The notes under the pieces are model-generated. The model ran no database searches. It was given only the letters and a program-made list of their open reading frames with translations, and was not told where the DNA came from. From Escherichia phage vB_EcoM_SA21RB, in sequence record OL960580: DNA of 64,000 nt. One strand, given 5' to 3'. Position 1 is the stretch's first letter. Every line of letters starts with the position of its first letter. Below, piece after piece: positions 1 to 8,224 of the stretch. The position numbers were made by a program, and so were the translations under genes.

Positions 1-630
<630 letters not shown>

Positions 631-649
<19 letters not shown>

Positions 650-1119
650 TCAGTGATAAAGTTATTTAAATTTTGAGTATATTTCTTTTCATCAAAAATC
701 TTTTGCTGCCTACGTAAACGCCATGGCATTTCAATGAACACGCACCATATTCCTGATAGTACTGCTGCTGTAAAAATATTAACAAGTATGATTAAAAGAA
801 TCCAATCTCCCGTTCTGCCTACTGGACTTTCTCCAAAGAAGCAAAATACAAATGATGTCACAGGAAAACTAATGATATACCACAGAATAACCTTCTTATC
901 TGTGAACCAATCAGCGTTCGTTAATTTAGCGCGACCATTATGAATACACACGAATTTATCATCTGTTGCAGTAGATGGCTTAACTGGTTGATATCCCATT
1001 CTAAACTCCCTAATCAGCAAATTTTTCATATCTTCGGAACAGCCGCTCCAGTCAACTCTATCGACTGAAATGCCATCGTCCCCATCATCTAAATCATACC
1101 AGCGAGTTTTTAAAATCAT
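631..1119 (-). CDS. hypothetical membrane protein, two predicted TM helices, C-terminal FITECRK motif (position of T4 e.2)
   Basis: ORF track; hydrophobic segments; stop overlaps downstream start. Confidence 0.6.
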
Positions 1120-1490
1120 TTGATTTTCCTACAATCACTCACAAACTCTTTCATTGATTCATTTTCAATATAAGACATGTAGTTATTATATTCTTTTAAT
1201 TGTATTTTGTAATCCTTTTTTCTTTGCCAATTTATTTTAAAATTATCATAATGAAAATATAAAATGATACTAAAGAATGAAAATAATGAAATTGCTATAG
1301 TATAATGAAGTTCACTCCAAACTTCTATTATATCTACTATACCGCTGACGTTACTGCGGATGTTTAAAATAATACAGTCAATCATTAATCCAATAAGACT
1401 ACCAGCAAGAGCTGCAGCCAACGCCACAGCAAAAATTAAAAATGACTCAGAAAAAGAATATTTGACTTTATTTAGTTTTGGCTTTTGCAT
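1116..1490 (-). CDS. hypothetical membrane protein, two predicted TM helices, C-terminal FVSDCRK motif (position of T4 e.3)
   Basis: ORF track; hydrophobic segments; ATGA overlap with next gene. Confidence 0.6.
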   Translation of the reverse strand: MQKPKLNKVKYSFSESFLIFAVALAAALAGSLIGLMIDCIILNIRSNVSGIVDIIEVWSELHYTIAISLFSFFSIILYFHYDNFKINWQRKKDYKIQLKEYNNYMSYIENESMKEFVSDCRKIK

Positions 1491-1864
1491 CGTGATTCCT
1501 TAACAAATTTCATAATTTCATTAAATTCATACATATTTAGTTTAAGCTGGTGTTCCTTTTTAATCTTTTTACACTGTGCTTTCCAATCACGTACGCGTTT
1601 ACGATAATGTCTTCCTTGATACCAGTATCCTACCCAATTTACAGGTACTAATAAAAGTGGAACTATTAATGGAAGAATTAGCATTAATACAAGTATTTCG
1701 CCAGAATCAATATCAGTCATAACATCTAAAACACCTCCAATAATCAATAGAATTACAAATGATATGAGTATAACAGGACCTATTAATACATCAGTAGAAA
1801 TTATCTGACGCTTTAATTCATACTTCAACGGTTTACTTGGAAGGTATAGTGATGGTTTTGACAT
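1472..1864 (-). CDS. hypothetical membrane protein, two predicted TM helices, C-terminal FVKESR motif (position of T4 e.4)
   Basis: ORF track (1472..1885); the track start is a TTG; ATG at 1864 preceded by AAGGAA SD is the likelier start. Confidence 0.55.
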   Translation of the reverse strand: MSKPSLYLPSKPLKYELKRQIISTDVLIGPVILISFVILLIIGGVLDVMTDIDSGEILVLMLILPLIVPLLLVPVNWVGYWYQGRHYRKRVRDWKAQCKKIKKEHQLKLNMYEFNEIMKFVKESRCKSQN

Positions 1865-2441
1865 ATTCTCTGCATTCCTTAACAAATTTTTCTAATAATA
1901 AATCGCTTTCAAAATTGGGATTTTCTACGAATTTATCAAAAAGATCATCAACAATAGTTAAGATATTCTTTTTACTAAGAATACGTTTATTTTCATGCTT
2001 CGTTTCAGAATCAACTATAAGAGTAAAGAAATATTTCTTGCCCTGAAATTTTACAGTAGTATCAATATAAAATAAATTTGACTTTTGTAAATTACGTTTA
2101 AACCATGCGTCACTTAAACTATAAACACCGAGATAATCATAATCGTCGTTTAAATAACAGACCGTCCATTCAGGGGAAACGAAATCAGTAAATTCAACGT
2201 CAAAATCGCATGTTAATAAATGAATTGATTCAATACTGTTAATAAGTATTCCAGGACGTATTAAAGACTTTTTACCTCTGGAAAATCTTCCATAAAGACT
2301 TTCATCAGTTTCATATGAAGAACCCCAATAATAATTACGTCCTTCTGCCATACGTTTAAGAGCATTTAGTAATTGGTCTGGAACATCAACTTGTCTTTGG
2401 AATTCTTCAAACATTGAATTGAAATCACTTTGCATTTTCAT
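1833..2441 (-). CDS. hypothetical soluble protein with C-terminal FVKECR motif (position of T4 e.5)
   Basis: ORF track; overlaps downstream gene start. Confidence 0.6.
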   Translation of the reverse strand: MKMQSDFNSMFEEFQRQVDVPDQLLNALKRMAEGRNYYWGSSYETDESLYGRFSRGKKSLIRPGILINSIESIHLLTCDFDVEFTDFVSPEWTVCYLNDDYDYLGVYSLSDAWFKRNLQKSNLFYIDTTVKFQGKKYFFTLIVDSETKHENKRILSKKNILTIVDDLFDKFVENPNFESDLLLEKFVKECREYVKTITIPSK

Positions 2442-2482
2442 TCCTATTTACTCCAAGTAATAGGGGCCGAAGCCCCTTATCA

Positions 2483-3076
2483 TTATTTCAGAGAATTAAT
2501 ATATTCCTGAACATCGGCAGAGGTAGTTTCAACCCCAGAAATATTGCCATTAAAGGTTTCAACTCGGGCAAGAGTATCTTCAATATCAACCTTAGTCAGC
2601 GCTGCAATTTCAACTACATCATCAGCAGTACTAATTCCGAGGGCATTCGCAGCACGAGTTTCACGGATATATTCCAATTTAACTGCAAGTTCTTGGCGAG
2701 CATCATCTAACTCAACTACTTTCTTGGCGATTTCAATTCGCATTTCAGCATAACCATCAGCTTTAGTAGTCAACTGCTCAGCTGTTCGACGATATAGTAA
2801 ACCAAGTTTAGCATGCATTGTTACATCTTGACCTTCAGAAAGAAGTTTACGAATTTCACGCTCTTTTGATTCGGCTTGTCGATTCTTTTCGATAACAAGT
2901 TCACGAATACGTTTTTCTTCATTAATAGATTTAACAGAAGCAGTTTTTAGATCTTTAATTTTATCAAGCAGTTTTGCTGCTGCAGCAGTATACTGTTCTT
3001 CAACAGATAGATTTTTAGCCATAGCAGAACCAAGTTTAGTGCGAATAAACTCAACAATTTTCTTCAGTGTGTTCAT
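2483..3076 (-). CDS. hypothetical coiled-coil protein (position of T4 e.6)
   Basis: ORF track; heptad-rich K/E/A/L composition. Confidence 0.6.
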   Translation of the reverse strand: MNTLKKIVEFIRTKLGSAMAKNLSVEEQYTAAAAKLLDKIKDLKTASVKSINEEKRIRELVIEKNRQAESKEREIRKLLSEGQDVTMHAKLGLLYRRTAEQLTTKADGYAEMRIEIAKKVVELDDARQELAVKLEYIRETRAANALGISTADDVVEIAALTKVDIEDTLARVETFNGNISGVETTSADVQEYINSLK

Positions 3077-3151
3077 AGTATTTCCTTAGGTTAATTGAGA
3101 TTTAAAATCCGTTGGAGTATTATATCTTGTTCTCCGAGGGGTGTAAACACG

Positions 3152-3550
3152 CTATTTCATTTTTGCGAGACAGATTTCATTGGCTTCCCATTGAGCTTGC
3201 TTAATAATAGCTTTGGATACAGGAACCTTTTGACCATAAGTTTTTGATGTTGAGAGAACAATATATTTGTTTGCCTCATTATGCCAACCCCATGATTTTT
3301 CGCCATGAGTACCTTTAACTACAGCTGACACCTCAACAGAACAACCATCAGCTCCAATCTTGGTATCCACAATCCATTCATTTCTCTCGGCAGCTTCATT
3401 TTCCGACCTCATTTTTTCTTCATACACGGCGGCCCAATCAGTTTTTGTCAAGCTTAAACTAAGAGCTTTCTCTAATTCTTTGGCAGCTTTTTGTTGTTCG
3501 GGTGTTAATGAATTATATAACTCTCGCATTTCTTTATCTTCAATATTCAT
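3152..3550 (-). CDS. hypothetical protein (position of T4 e.7)
   Basis: ORF track; GAGGAGAA SD upstream of ATG. Confidence 0.6.
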   Translation of the reverse strand: MNIEDKEMRELYNSLTPEQQKAAKELEKALSLSLTKTDWAAVYEEKMRSENEAAERNEWIVDTKIGADGCSVEVSAVVKGTHGEKSWGWHNEANKYIVLSTSKTYGQKVPVSKAIIKQAQWEANEICLAKMK

Positions 3551-3567
3551 TATGTTCTCCTCAAGTT

Positions 3568-3599
3568 ACAGGCTCATAATATCTCAATCATGAGCCTGT
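3568..3599 (-). promoter_or_regulatory. 10-bp stem hairpin (ACAGGCTCAT / ATGAGCCTGT) between e.8-like stop and e.7-like SD; possible attenuator or RNase processing site
   Basis: Perfect inverted repeat with 12-nt loop read directly from sequence. Confidence 0.4.
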
Positions 3600-3605
3600 G
3601 TAAAC

Positions 3606-3881
3606 TTATTTCATATTATTGAAATATTCTTCTGCGATTTCGTCGTTATCATGGTAAACTTTAGAAGACAGTTTAACATAACCTTCAGCAGTGAACATGT
3701 TAATCACAACTTTTACAGTATACCACTGACCGTCTTCATTACCCATTACTGCGTAAGTTTCAAACATCGGATGGTCAGGACCGATAACTTTAATATCATT
3801 CACTGTACGACCGAAATCTTCTGAAACGCATTTCATAAAGAAGTTGAACAGTTCGCCGTAATTATCCATTTCATTCTCCAA
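3606..3881 (-). CDS. hypothetical protein (position of T4 e.8)
   Basis: ORF track; preceded by early-type promoter. Confidence 0.6.
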   Translation of the reverse strand: MENEMDNYGELFNFFMKCVSEDFGRTVNDIKVIGPDHPMFETYAVMGNEDGQWYTVKVVINMFTAEGYVKLSSKVYHDNDEIAEEYFNNMK

Positions 3882-3912
3882 GTTGTTTTCTGTATCAGTA
3901 GTTGATAGTTGT

Positions 3913-3942
3913 ATAGTACCATGGAAGAACAGGGATGTAAAC
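3913..3942 (-). promoter_or_regulatory. T4 early-type promoter (-35 GTTTAC, 18-nt spacer, -10 TACTAT) with A/T-rich upstream element
   Basis: Minus-strand GTTTAC-N18-TACTAT; near-identical module recurs at 8177-8206 and 8543-8572. Confidence 0.55.
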
Positions 3943-4075
3943 CGTTTTGTGAAAAATTTTTTAAAAAGTTTTAGAGAATTCTAGGGAGGGAAGGGGCAAT
4001 TAAAGGATAGGATAATATATTATAAAGGGTAGAAACTAAATGATGCCTAGAGAGGTCCAGAAAGGTCTAGATGCC

Positions 4076-4100
4076 AAAAAGCCCTATCATTTAGATAGGG
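4076..4100 (-). terminator. rho-independent terminator downstream of internal protein gene
   Basis: Stem CCCTATC/GATAGGG with loop, followed on minus strand by a U-run. Confidence 0.55.
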
Positions 4101-4108
4101 ATTTAAAA

Positions 4109-4672
4109 TTATTTATCTAGTTTAGTTATTATAGCTTCTGCGGCAGCTTTTAGCTTAGATGCGGTGTTAATACGATTTTTAATTTCAGTATACGCATCGC
4201 CAAGAACATCAAGGCTATCAGAATAAACACTTACACTATTGCGTTCGCTATTTGAAATAGAACCTTTAGTTTTACGATCAAAATCGGTGTACACGTCTTG
4301 AAGATCACGGGCTGCCTTCTTTGCATCATCCAATGCGTCAAGAGCTTTATTCAAAGCATTAACGTATTTTTTAGTGTCAAACATATTCTTAGAAATTTTA
4401 ACAGGTGCGCGTTCAGGAGTAGCTAATGTAGATTTAGGAACCTGAGCGCCAGATGCCAATTTCTTAGAAATTTTGAAAAACGCTTTATTGAATTTATTTT
4501 CTTGACTCATCGTAAAAGAACTATTATCGATGTTGTACATTTCAATAGCTTTAGCTTTCCACTTAAGAAAATCGCCGCGGTCTTTTGGGTCCAAGTGGAA
4601 GAATACTTTAGTAAGATCTGCTTCAGATGGTAATTTTGCTGCTTCGGTTAAAAATTCGGCATAGGTTTTCAT
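4109..4672 (-). CDS. capsid internal protein with N-terminal capsid targeting sequence (IPIII-like)
   Basis: ORF track; N-terminus MKTYAEFLTE matches the T4 internal-protein leader cleaved by gp21 after L-x-E; AAGGA SD. Confidence 0.6.
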   Translation of the reverse strand: MKTYAEFLTEAAKLPSEADLTKVFFHLDPKDRGDFLKWKAKAIEMYNIDNSSFTMSQENKFNKAFFKISKKLASGAQVPKSTLATPERAPVKISKNMFDTKKYVNALNKALDALDDAKKAARDLQDVYTDFDRKTKGSISNSERNSVSVYSDSLDVLGDAYTEIKNRINTASKLKAAAEAIITKLDK

Positions 4673-4760
4673 TTAAAATCCTTGAAATAATTTATCAGTT
4701 GGTTATTAATTATTTATTACTTTGTTATTATCCGTAACAGCATTCTCTATGTGATTCAAA

Positions 4761-4788
4761 CTAAAAAGCCCAACCTTTCGGTTGGGGC
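4761..4788 (-). terminator. hairpin terminator (GCCCAACC-TTTC-GGTTGGGGC); near-identical copy at 5321-5347
   Basis: Inverted repeat followed by U-run on minus strand. Confidence 0.5.
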
Positions 4789-4796
4789 TAAGAATG

Positions 4797-5270
4797 TTAT
4801 TTGATTTGTTTAGCAGACCAAATGCGGTCTTTGATGATTTTTTGAATGTCTTCAACATACTCTAGGTCATGAGCATGTGGGTTATCTTTGAAACTATAGG
4901 CACGGGCTAACTTTTGGCCTTCGGTTTTGATTACTAAAAGCTCTTTAAGGATAGCTTCATACTTAGCGATAATTCCTTTAACAATATTTTTTTCTTGTGT
5001 AGCTTTAGGATCTGCTTTAGGAGCAGGTTTACCCGAAGCCTTTGCAAAAGCAGCACCAGTAGCAACTAAACTTTTCCAGGCCATACTAACCGCATTTCCC
5101 GTAAATCCTTCTGCTTTCATGTCGCGAGCAAATTGGAATCGTGATTCGTCAGAAGCATCTTTATAGGAATATTTACCTGCTGCAATGGCTGCTTTTGCGA
5201 CAGCTTGAATTTCGGTGCTAGATGCTTCATTTAACACCGCTTCATTTAAAAATTGAGCATATGATTTCAT
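4797..5270 (-). CDS. capsid internal protein with capsid targeting sequence, Ala/Lys-rich basic cargo
   Basis: ORF track; N-terminus MKSYAQFLNE (leader-like); late promoter and AGGAAA SD upstream. Confidence 0.55.
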   Translation of the reverse strand: MKSYAQFLNEAVLNEASSTEIQAVAKAAIAAGKYSYKDASDESRFQFARDMKAEGFTGNAVSMAWKSLVATGAAFAKASGKPAPKADPKATQEKNIVKGIIAKYEAILKELLVIKTEGQKLARAYSFKDNPHAHDLEYVEDIQKIIKDRIWSAKQIK

Positions 5271-5310
5271 CTTATTTCCTGTTTTAATTCGTAGATTTAA
5301 TATACTACTA

Positions 5311-5318
5311 TATTTATA
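5311..5318 (-). promoter_or_regulatory. T4 late promoter TATAAATA upstream of internal protein gene
   Basis: Exact reverse-complement TATAAATA about 40 nt upstream of ATG at 5270. Confidence 0.55.
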
Positions 5319-5320
5319 CT

Positions 5321-5347
5321 AAAAAGCCCCAACCTTTCGGTTGGGGC
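5321..5347 (-). terminator. rho-independent terminator at 3-prime end of the tRNA/stable RNA operon
   Basis: 9-bp GC-rich stem GCCCCAACC/GGTTGGGGC, TTTC loop, U-run on minus strand. Confidence 0.6.
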
Positions 5348-5350
5348 TAA

Positions 5351-5664
5351 GCCTTGCGGCAACCTTGTCGGGGTTCCACCTGCTAAGGCAAGTGTTTGTA
5401 CGAAACGCCGGGATTCGAACCCGGTTATTAAGCAGTTGACGCTACTTAATATTTTTAAAAGGCCATATCTCGACCATATCCGAACGTTCCGTCAAAAACG
5501 CTACTCGGCTTACGGCAAAGATATTTCCTCGAATCGATAATTCGGTGCGCCGTTTCTGCTGTGGTGTAAGGGGATATTAATAAATCGTAAAGATTTATTA
5601 AGACCAGTCCTTACGCAGGGAACATCAGTCCGACGACTTACCGGTAGCGACCCGGTTTCTTGTT
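5351..5664 (-). ncRNA. structured stable-RNA region downstream of tRNA-Arg, containing a tRNA-like domain; probable counterpart of T4 stable RNAs C and D
   Basis: No ORF; tRNA-like T-arm CCGGG-TTCGAAT-CCCGG with pairing acceptor arms CGGAACG/CGTTTCG plus several further hairpins; boundaries not determined. Confidence 0.35.
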
Positions 5665-5740
5665 TGGTCGAGGCAGTAGGGATCGAACCTACGACCTAGG
5701 ACTTAGAAGGTCCTTGCTCTTCCTTCTGAGCTATGCCCCG
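5665..5740 (-). tRNA. tRNA-Arg (anticodon UCU)
   Basis: Manual cloverleaf: acceptor CGGGGCA/TGCCTCG, anticodon loop CTTCTAA, T-loop TTCGATC, CCA encoded. Confidence 0.8.
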
Positions 5741-5744
5741 TAAT

Positions 5745-5820
5745 TGGGGTGACCGATGGGAGTCGAACCCATGACTACGAGAATCACAATCTCGAGTTCT
5801 ACCAACTGAACTACGGCCAC
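5745..5820 (-). tRNA. tRNA-His (anticodon GUG)
   Basis: Manual cloverleaf: acceptor GTGGCCG/CGGTCAC, anticodon loop TTGTGAT, T-loop TTCGACT, CCA encoded; no encoded G-1. Confidence 0.6.
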
Positions 5821-5934
5821 ATTAATACCTACTCCAACAATCAAGATGTCTTCACACGAAATTAAGAGAAGAGTGATCAGTTCAACCCCGATAATCGCGT
5901 CAAGTAGATATTAATGTGACAGTTGTCACAAATT

Positions 5935-6009
5935 TGGCGGACGTGATAGGATTCGAACCTATAACCAATCGCTTAACAGGCGATCGCTCTGCCATTGAGC
6001 TACACATCC
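5935..6009 (-). tRNA. tRNA-Asn (anticodon GUU)
   Basis: Manual cloverleaf: acceptor GGATGTG/CACGTCC, anticodon loop CTGTTAA, T-loop TTCGAAT, CCA encoded. Confidence 0.7.
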
Positions 6010-6013
6010 AAAT

Positions 6014-6100
6014 TGGTGGGGAGTGATGGAGTCGAACCACCCGAGTCGCAATGACAATGGATTTACAGTCCACACCGCTACCTCTACGGGATAACTCCCC
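6014..6100 (-). tRNA. tRNA-Tyr (anticodon GUA), class II with long variable arm
   Basis: Manual fold: acceptor GGGGAGT/ACTCCCC, anticodon loop CTGTAAA, T-loop TTCGACT, 87 nt, CCA encoded. Confidence 0.65.
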
Positions 6101-6113
6101 TTAATTCTTAATT

Positions 6114-6188
6114 TGGTGGCCCTGGGTGGAATTGAACCACCATCTGGCGATTATGAGTCGCTTGCTTGAACCTTCCAGCTACAGGGCC
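6114..6188 (-). tRNA. tRNA with anticodon CAU; by position the T4 tRNA-Ile (lysidine type) homolog, Met not excluded
   Basis: Manual cloverleaf: acceptor GGCCCTG/CAGGGCC, anticodon loop CTCATAA, T-loop TTCAATT, CCA encoded. Confidence 0.7.
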
Positions 6189-6189
6189 T

Positions 6190-6265
6190 TGGTGCTGATT
6201 GACGGAATCGAACCGCCGACCTTCTCATTACAAGTGAGTTGCTCTACCTACTGAGCTAAATCAGC
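6190..6265 (-). tRNA. tRNA-Thr (anticodon UGU)
   Basis: Manual cloverleaf: acceptor GCTGATT/AATCAGC, anticodon loop CTTGTAA, T-loop TTCGATT, CCA encoded. Confidence 0.8.
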
Positions 6266-6270
6266 AAAAC

Positions 6271-6360
6271 TGGCGGAGGCGATAGGATTTGAACCTATGA
6301 GTCGCCGGAGCGACTGCCGGTTTTCAAGACCGGTGCATTAAACCACTCTGCCACGCCTCC
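6271..6360 (-). tRNA. tRNA-Ser (anticodon UGA), class II
   Basis: Manual fold: acceptor GGAGGCG/CGCCTCC, anticodon loop CTTGAAA, long variable arm, T-loop TTCAAAT, 90 nt. Confidence 0.8.
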
Positions 6361-6362
6361 AG

Positions 6363-6436
6363 TCTCCATACAAGGATTTGAACCTTGGACCTCCTGATCC
6401 CAAATCAGGCGCTCTACCAAACTGAGCTACACGGAG
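6363..6436 (-). tRNA. tRNA-Pro (anticodon UGG), CCA not encoded
   Basis: Manual cloverleaf: acceptor CTCCGTG/TATGGAG, anticodon loop TTTGGGA, T-loop TTCAAAT; 2 nt from tRNA-Ser, consistent with a dimeric precursor. Confidence 0.75.
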
Positions 6437-6446
6437 TAAATTAAAT

Positions 6447-6520
<74 letters not shown>

Positions 6521-6525
6521 AAATT

Positions 6526-6612
6526 TGGTGCGAGAAGTGGGACTCGAACCCACAAGGAAATCATTCCGCAGCATTTTAAGTGCTGTGCCTTTACCAATTT
6601 GACCATTCTCGC
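6526..6612 (-). tRNA. tRNA-Leu (anticodon UAA), class II
   Basis: Manual fold: acceptor GCGAGAA/TTCTCGC, anticodon loop CTTAAAA, long variable arm, T-loop TTCGAGT, CCA encoded. Confidence 0.8.
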
Positions 6613-6613
6613 G

Positions 6614-6686
6614 CTGGGAATAAAGGACTCGAACCTTTGCATCCTGGAATCAAAATCCAGTGCCTTACCAACTTGGCTAATTCCCA
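6614..6686 (-). tRNA. tRNA-Gln (anticodon UUG), CCA not encoded, 1 nt from tRNA-Leu
   Basis: Manual cloverleaf: acceptor TGGGAAT/ATTCCCA (U1-A72), anticodon loop TTTTGAT, T-loop TTCGAGT. Confidence 0.8.
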
Positions 6687-6772
6687 ATTATTAACAAAGG
6701 CTCTCTAACAAGAACCCTTGATGATATAGGGTATTAATCAGTGCGGTATGAGTTAATAATAACAAATAATTC

Positions 6773-7288
6773 TTAAAGCAAATTAAACATCTTAACGGTC
6801 GGCAAAACAATTTCTTCTTCTATATAAGAGTATTTAACACTCTCAACTACACGCAAAAAATCATAATCATAATATTCAGAAGCACTGCCTAAAATATTAA
6901 TAAGTCCTTCAAGCACTTTATTACCATTCACAAAGAATAAGTCAAATACACGTTCTTCGTCTTCTTCGGATTTATTACCAAGGTCAACTTCTATATCAAA
7001 GACCTTTTTAATGAATTCTGGATAAAGCTGGTCTGAGAACAGTCCTTCAACCAAGTATTCATAGATAAAAAGCGATTGCTCGCTGAACAAACCATTACCG
7101 CAATAACGTTCAACTTTTGTGCTAGAATGTCTGCTTTTAAACTTCTTTAAAAGATATTGGAATTGTAAGATTTCATGCTCTTCTACGCCAAACAGTGTTT
7201 TAGTTTTATAGTTGTCACCATCATTTTCCCAGGTAGTGACATCAATTACGTAACCCTGCGGAATTGTAGTACCTAAACAAATATTCAT
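6773..7288 (-). CDS. hypothetical strongly acidic protein, early region
   Basis: ORF track; about 20 percent Asp/Glu; no recognisable motif. Confidence 0.5.
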   Translation of the reverse strand: MNICLGTTIPQGYVIDVTTWENDGDNYKTKTLFGVEEHEILQFQYLLKKFKSRHSSTKVERYCGNGLFSEQSLFIYEYLVEGLFSDQLYPEFIKKVFDIEVDLGNKSEEDEERVFDLFFVNGNKVLEGLINILGSASEYYDYDFLRVVESVKYSYIEEEIVLPTVKMFNLL

Positions 7289-7578
7289 TTGCTCACCATA
7301 TTAATGTAAGTATATTCAATACATTCAAGACCCAAAGGATTCTTGAAAATATCATATTCAAGAGGACCTTTTTCTGTTTCAATAAAGAAATCAAAATTTA
7401 CTGTGTTAAATTTACGGTCTTCCTTCACCAATTTAACTTGAGAAGATGAACGGTCAATGTAAACCTTTTCAACTTCAAAACATGTTAAAATGCCATAATC
7501 ATCAATCAAGGCTTTAGCCGCGTCTTGATCATATTTATATCCATTTTCAATTGACGATACTTTAGCATAAAGAATCAT
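7285..7578 (-). CDS. hypothetical acidic protein
   Basis: ORF track; ATGA overlap with upstream gene. Confidence 0.5.
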   Translation of the reverse strand: MILYAKVSSIENGYKYDQDAAKALIDDYGILTCFEVEKVYIDRSSSQVKLVKEDRKFNTVNFDFFIETEKGPLEYDIFKNPLGLECIEYTYINMVSK

Positions 7579-7580
7579 TA

Positions 7581-7961
7581 TCAGCCTTCATCAACAATAG
7601 TATGAGTGTGGGCATTTACAATTTGCCACCAATCAAAGCGATTAGAACCATACATCGGTTTGTTTTCATTTTCTTTGATAATATCACGGAGTTCATCTTC
7701 GGTAGCGGCTTTCGCGATTAAATCAGCATATCCACCACGAGGATAATAATTATCACCTGCAAAAAGTAAAAAGTTCGGTTTAATATTATTGAACTCTTCA
7801 AGAGTAATAACTTTTCCTGTCGGTTGAACAATCTCTACATATTTATATCCTAATTTTTGAGCAGCATCTACTGCTTCAAGCAAAGTATCATGAGCCCATC
7901 CAATTTGACAACCTGGCTTTTCAGATGGATTAGCCTGATAATCCGCGTACACTTTATACAT
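7581..7961 (-). CDS. hypothetical protein
   Basis: ORF track (7581..8000); likelier start is ATG at 7961 (MYKVYADY) with GGTGA SD, 1 nt after the upstream stop. Confidence 0.5.
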   Translation of the reverse strand: MYKVYADYQANPSEKPGCQIGWAHDTLLEAVDAAQKLGYKYVEIVQPTGKVITLEEFNNIKPNFLLFAGDNYYPRGGYADLIAKAATEDELRDIIKENENKPMYGSNRFDWWQIVNAHTHTIVDEG

Positions 7962-7962
7962 T

Positions 7963-8148
7963 CTATTCACCTTTAGAAATTTTATCCATAACGATAGCAA
8001 TTAAACCAATTAAAAATGCTACTACAAGTGAAAAAACATTTTCTGCTGTAGTTAATAATCCGCATATAAATCCAACAAACATTGAAAAACTAAAAGCAGA
8101 AGCAGAAATTGCAATAGCAACATTTCGAATTAATTCACAACGTTTCAT
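7963..8148 (-). CDS. small hydrophobic membrane protein (61 aa)
   Basis: ORF track; two hydrophobic stretches; own early-type promoter upstream. Confidence 0.45.
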   Translation of the reverse strand: MKRCELIRNVAIAISASAFSFSMFVGFICGLLTTAENVFSLVVAFLIGLIAIVMDKISKGE

Positions 8149-8176
8149 TTTATTCTCCTCAGTAGTTGATAGGGTA

Positions 8177-8206
8177 ATAGTATCACAACTAAAACCCTAT
8201 GTAAAC
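8177..8206 (-). promoter_or_regulatory. T4 early-type promoter (GTTTAC-N18-TACTAT)
   Basis: Same module as 3913-3942 and 8543-8572, including the conserved flanking TTTCACAAAGTTGTTTAC. Confidence 0.55.
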
Positions 8207-8224
8207 AACTTTGTGAAATATTTA

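Noticed and set aside
2463-2476. GGGGC-CGAA-GCCCC hairpin as a terminator
   Set aside because: Not followed by a clear U-run on either strand, so the terminator call is uncertain; more likely an RNA stability or processing hairpin.
5821-5934. Possible twelfth tRNA in the Asn-His spacer
   Set aside because: It contains a TTGAACT-like segment but no acceptor/T-arm pairing or anticodon arm can be folded.
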